64,000 nt of DNA from Spirochaetia bacterium (lineage in GTDB: Bacteria; Spirochaetota; Spirochaetia; SZUA-6; Bin103): assembly GCA_965208575.1 (NCBI GenBank), contig CBDBOV010000002.1:224001-288000 (forward strand), given 5' to 3'. Under the pieces are notes generated by a model that saw only the letters and a list, made by a program, of their open reading frames with translations, had not been told where the DNA came from and did no database searches. The translations under genes and the position numbers were made by a program. Below, one piece after another: positions 59,966 to 64,000 of this stretch (position 1 is its first letter; each line of letters begins with the position of its first letter).

Positions 59966-62785
59966 GTGAGTGCAACAAGCCTCTCCGAGGCCGGCACCCT
60001 CGTTCGGGCGCGAGCGCGCGAATGGGTGGTGCTGCCCGACTCGACCGACGAACTGCTGATGCTCCGGCCCGTGGGCGGGCTCGACGAGGAGATTACCGGA
60101 GTCCTGCCGGCGGTGGAACCGGTCGAGTCGGCTACGTTCCGGCTCCCGAGCCGGGAGGACCTCGGCGACTTCACCTCGGGCCGCCTGCTGCGCGACGCGG
60201 CCCGCCTGTCCACCCGCGCCGCCGCCGGACCGTTTCGCAGCTTCGGGCGCATCGCCGTGGAGCCCCGGCCTTATCAACTGGTGCCCCTGATGATGGCGCT
60301 GCGGCTCGACCCGGTGCGCATGCTGATCGCCGACGACGTAGGCATCGGCAAGACCATCGAAGCGTGTCTCATCGCCCGCGAGCTGCTCGACCGGGGCGAA
60401 ATCCGCCGCCTGACGGTGCTCTGTCCCCCGCCCCTTGCCGAGCAGTGGCAGCGGGAGCTGGCGGAGAAGTTCCACATCGAGGCGGAGCTGGTCCTGTCGA
60501 GCACCATCCAGCGTCTGGAGCGCGACCTGAACATCGACGAGTCGGTCTTCGAGCGGCATGCCTTCACCGTCGTTTCGACCGACTTCATCAAGCAGCCCCG
60601 GCGTGCCGAGGACTTCGCGCATCGCTGTCCCGAGTTTGTCATCGTTGACGAGGCCCACGGCTGCACACTGGCTGCCGGCGCGGGCCGCGGCCGCCAACAG
60701 CGACATGACCTGTTGCGCCGCGTGACCGCGGACCCCGAGCGCCACGTCCTGCTGGTCACGGCAACGCCGCACAGCGGCAACGAGGACGCGTTTCGCTCCC
60801 TGCTGAGTCTGCTTGACGAGGAGTTCGCCGGCCTGCCGGCAGACCTGGACCGCACCGGGCGCGAGGGCGTCCGCCGCCGGCTCGCGCGTCACCTCGTGCA
60901 GCGCCGCCGCGCCGACATTCGTCGCTACCTCGAGACCGACACGGAGTTCCCGAAGCGCAGGGACAAGGAGGCTACCTACGGTTTCAGTCCGACGTATCGG
61001 AAGCTGTTCGACGACATCCTGGCCTTTGCGCGGGAGTACGTGGCGGTGGACGGCGAACAGCGTCGGCGGCGGGTGCGCTACTGGTCGGCGTTGGCCCTGC
61101 TGCGGTGCGTGTCATCCAGTCCTGCCGCCGCCGCGGCGACCCTGCGCAGCCGCACGGCTGCCGAGGGGGCCGACGAGGCCGACGTGGATGAGGTAGGCCG
61201 CCGCACGGTGCTCGACCAGTCCGACGACGATGACGCGGTGGCGCCGGACTTCAGCCCCGGCTCGGACACCGAACACAGTCCGCAAACGATGCGCCGCCGC
61301 CTGCTGGAGTTCGCGCGTCGCGCGGAGGCCATCGACCATGCCGCGGATCGTAAGCTGCAAGGTGCTGTCCGCGAGATCAAGGCGCTCCTGAAGGATGGGT
61401 TTCATCCGGTCGTTTTTTGCCGCTTCATCGATACGGCGGAGTACGTCGCCCGTCATCTGCGCGAAGTGCTCTCCCGCACGACGGTGCAAGCGGTGACCGG
61501 CTTGCTCCCCCCTGCCGAGCGTGAGGCCCGCATCCAGTCACTCGTCGACGAGGGAGGGCGGTTCGTCCTGGTCTGCACCGACTGCCTCTCCGAGGGCATC
61601 AATCTGCAAGAACACTTCGATGCCGTCCTCCATTACGACTTGGCGTGGAACCCCACTCGCCACGAGCAGCGCGAAGGCCGGGTGGATCGGTTCGGGCAAC
61701 GCGCGCCCGAGGTGCGCGTGGTTACCTACTTCGGCACCGACAACCCGATCGACGGCGTGATCCTCGATGTCCTGATCCGCAAACACAAGAGCATCAAGAG
61801 CGATCTCGGGGTGACCGTGGCGGTTCCCGGCTCCAGCGAGCGGATCGCGGAGGCGCTGTTCGAAGGGGCGCTGTTCCGCGATCAGGAAGGCGCGCAGCAG
61901 CTCACTCTCGATTTCATTGACGAGTACGATGCGCAAAAGCAGAAGCTGCACGACGAGTGGGAGGACGCCCGCGACCGCGAGCGGGAGAGCCGCTCCCGCT
62001 TTGCCCACCACACGATCAATCCTCAGGCGGTAGCCGACGAGCTGGCCGACGTGCGCGAGGCTATCGGCGGTAGCGCGGACGTGACCCGATTCTTTGCCGA
62101 TGTGCTTCGGACGGCCAACGTGCCGATCCAGCTCAACGGGAAGGCAGAGGTCCACATCAGCAACGAAACGCCGCGTACGCTACGCCAGGCGATCGGTCGC
62201 GACGAGCCGTTTGCGGGGCGCTTCGACCTGCCGCTCCAGGAGGACGAGATTTACCTCGGACGTACGAGCCCGATGATCGAAGGCTTGGCGAGTTGGACGC
62301 TCGATCAGGCGCTCGACCCGGAGTCTCGCGATATCGGGCCCGTGGCAGCGCGCTGCGGGGCGACCTTCACCTCTGCAGTGGACACGCGTACTACGCTGCT
62401 GGTCACGCGCTTCCGTTACCACCTGAGAACCGGTGGAACCGGCGGCGAGACGATTCTGTGCGAAGAGATCGTACCGCTGGCGTGCACCGGTCCGTCGGCG
62501 GCGCCGGACTGGCTGGCGCCGGATGACAGCGAGCGCCTCATGGCTGCCCGGCCAGAACGCAATCTCCTCCGGACGGCAATCGATCAGCAACTCAACGTGT
62601 TGCTACCTTCGCTGCCGACCTTTCAGGAGCGTCTGGAGAACATCGCGACCCAACGTGCGAACGCGCAACTGGACGCGCACCGGCGCGTACGCACGGCGAG
62701 CAGGACGCGAGGCCGCATCGCCATCGAGCCGGCGCTCCCGGTGGATATCCTTGCCGCCTACGTTCTGTTGCCGAGGTTGGACTGA
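59966..62785 (+). CDS. SNF2-family helicase (DrmD-like)
   Basis: LIADDVGIGKT, DEAH, TATPHSG, SEGINLQ, DLAWNP..HEQREGRVDRFGQ. Confidence 0.9.
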   Translation: MSATSLSEAGTLVRARAREWVVLPDSTDELLMLRPVGGLDEEITGVLPAVEPVESATFRLPSREDLGDFTSGRLLRDAARLSTRAAAGPFRSFGRIAVEPRPYQLVPLMMALRLDPVRMLIADDVGIGKTIEACLIARELLDRGEIRRLTVLCPPPLAEQWQRELAEKFHIEAELVLSSTIQRLERDLNIDESVFERHAFTVVSTDFIKQPRRAEDFAHRCPEFVIVDEAHGCTLAAGAGRGRQQRHDLLRRVTADPERHVLLVTATPHSGNEDAFRSLLSLLDEEFAGLPADLDRTGREGVRRRLARHLVQRRRADIRRYLETDTEFPKRRDKEATYGFSPTYRKLFDDILAFAREYVAVDGEQRRRRVRYWSALALLRCVSSSPAAAAATLRSRTAAEGADEADVDEVGRRTVLDQSDDDDAVAPDFSPGSDTEHSPQTMRRRLLEFARRAEAIDHAADRKLQGAVREIKALLKDGFHPVVFCRFIDTAEYVARHLREVLSRTTVQAVTGLLPPAEREARIQSLVDEGGRFVLVCTDCLSEGINLQEHFDAVLHYDLAWNPTRHEQREGRVDRFGQRAPEVRVVTYFGTDNPIDGVILDVLIRKHKSIKSDLGVTVAVPGSSERIAEALFEGALFRDQEGAQQLTLDFIDEYDAQKQKLHDEWEDARDRERESRSRFAHHTINPQAVADELADVREAIGGSADVTRFFADVLRTANVPIQLNGKAEVHISNETPRTLRQAIGRDEPFAGRFDLPLQEDEIYLGRTSPMIEGLASWTLDQALDPESRDIGPVAARCGATFTSAVDTRTTLLVTRFRYHLRTGGTGGETILCEEIVPLACTGPSAAPDWLAPDDSERLMAARPERNLLRTAIDQQLNVLLPSLPTFQERLENIATQRANAQLDAHRRVRTASRTRGRIAIEPALPVDILAAYVLLPRLD

Positions 62786-62786
62786 C

Positions 62787-64000
62787 GTGGCGCGGCGCAC
62801 GCAAGACTTCCAGACCATCCGCTCCGAGGGCGGCCTGCTGCCACTGGACCTGTTGCGGCGAGTGCTGGACCCGCATTCCGGCTTGCCGGGGACCATGGCG
62901 GAAGACTACCACCTGGCTCCTGGGGAACGGCTGAACGAGATCATCACCCAATCCTGGAACCGCCTTGCGAAGCATTGGGACGAGTTTCGCCAGGCTACGG
63001 CGAATCTGCCCACGGGTGCCGCGGGGACTGGCCTTACCAACGACAAGTGGAGTCTGCCACTGCTGCGCGAGTTGGGATTCGGTTTCCTGCCGGTGACCGC
63101 CGGGCCCGAGCTGGATGGCCGCACCTTTCCCATCGGACGTTTCTCCGGTCCGGTCCCGATTCATCTGGTAGGCTGCGGTCTGTCGCTTGATCGCCGAGCC
63201 GCCGGGCAACGCGGTGCGGCGGCGGCAAACCCGCACGGCCTCGTACAGGAGTTCCTCAACCGCAGCGACGCGCACCTGTGGGCGATCGTGTCGAACGGGC
63301 TGCGCCTGCGCGTGTTGCGCGACAACCAGGCGCTCTCGCGGCAATCGTTTCTCGACTTCGATCTCGAAGCGATGTTCTCGGGCGAGGTCTATTCCGACTT
63401 CGTGCTCTTGTGGTTGGTGGCGCATGCAACCCGCTTCATGCCCCGCGACGGCGATCGTCCGGAGACCTGCCGGCTGGAGCAATGGACTCAAGAGGCGGAG
63501 AGGATCGGAACTCGTGCTCTCGAGGGGTTGCGCGGCGGGGTCGAGCGCGCACTTGCCCATCTCGGCGCCGGCTTCACCAGCCATCCCAATAACGAGGTTC
63601 TGCGCGAAGCGTTGCGCACCGGATCGCTCACCCCGACCGGCCTCCACGAGCAGCTCCTGCGGGTCGTATACCGGCTGATCTTCCTGTTTGTGGCGGAGGA
63701 CCGCACCCTCGACGGGCGGTCGCTGCTGCATCCGCCGGACGACTCCGCCGCGGCACGGATCGCACGCGAGCGCTACGCCGAGCATTACGGCACCGCCCGG
63801 CTGCGGCGACTGGCGGGACGGATCAAGGGCTCGCGTCACGGCGACCTCTGGCGCCAATTCCGGTCTCTCGTCGCACCGCTCTCGGGGGATCGGAGGTCGG
63901 CGACGATCCGCCGGCGCTTGGCGCTCCCCGAACTGGGCAGCTTTCTCTGGGATCCGGCATCGACTGCCGCGTTGAACGACACCGAGCTGACCAACTACGA
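62787..64000 (+). CDS. N-terminal part of an Eco57I-type / DrmMI-like DNA methyltransferase; runs off the right edge
   Basis: Manual translation from GTG 62787: MARRTQDFQTIRSEGGLLP...PHGLVQEFLNRS...WAIVSNGLRLRVLRDN...YRLIFLFVAEDR; catalytic motifs lie outside the window. Confidence 0.7.
   Translation, partial: MARRTQDFQTIRSEGGLLPLDLLRRVLDPHSGLPGTMAEDYHLAPGERLNEIITQSWNRLAKHWDEFRQATANLPTGAAGTGLTNDKWSLPLLRELGFGFLPVTAGPELDGRTFPIGRFSGPVPIHLVGCGLSLDRRAAGQRGAAAANPHGLVQEFLNRSDAHLWAIVSNGLRLRVLRDNQALSRQSFLDFDLEAMFSGEVYSDFVLLWLVAHATRFMPRDGDRPETCRLEQWTQEAERIGTRALEGLRGGVERALAHLGAGFTSHPNNEVLREALRTGSLTPTGLHEQLLRVVYRLIFLFVAEDRTLDGRSLLHPPDDSAAARIARERYAEHYGTARLRRLAGRIKGSRHGDLWRQFRSLVAPLSGDRRSATIRRRLALPELGSFLWDPASTAALNDTELTNY

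Overview
High-GC bacterial window. The left half is mostly metabolic/housekeeping (aceE 5' part, two aldo-keto reductases, Gfo/Idh/MocA oxidoreductase, IorA-like, transketolase, fabV, trmH, AIR-synthase-family, RecQ, a four-gene Na+-translocating acyl-CoA decarboxylase operon). It is interrupted by single lower-GC defence-like genes: a nuclease-NTPase-helical-repeat protein, an AAA_14/DUF4143 ATPase, a Schlafen/AlbA_2-GHKL-HTH protein and a dynamin-like GTPase. From ~28.5 kb the window is a mosaic defence island: an AlbA_2-GHKL gene with an ABC-type ATPase/nuclease pair; a SNF2 + Mre11-like + Rad50/YhaN-like cassette between two near-identical AAA-nuclease paralogs; an XRE + ImmA/IrrE regulator pair divergent from a four-gene Bil-like ubiquitination operon (Ubl, E2, JAB, E1) whose E2 appears to lack the usual motif cysteine; decayed toxin-antitoxin and HNH remnants; nested direct repeats; and a DUF1998-helicase / SNF2 / Eco57I-like methyltransferase (DISARM-like) locus running off the right edge. 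The most striking non-coding signals are (i) helically phased operator-like repeat arrays next to both HTH-bearing AlbA_2-GHKL genes, (ii) an ~80-bp tandem array built from a gene 3' end, and (iii) an 11-bp duplication that frameshifts the AlbA_2 gene inside the DISARM-like locus. All family calls are from motif recognition by eye; no database searches were run.
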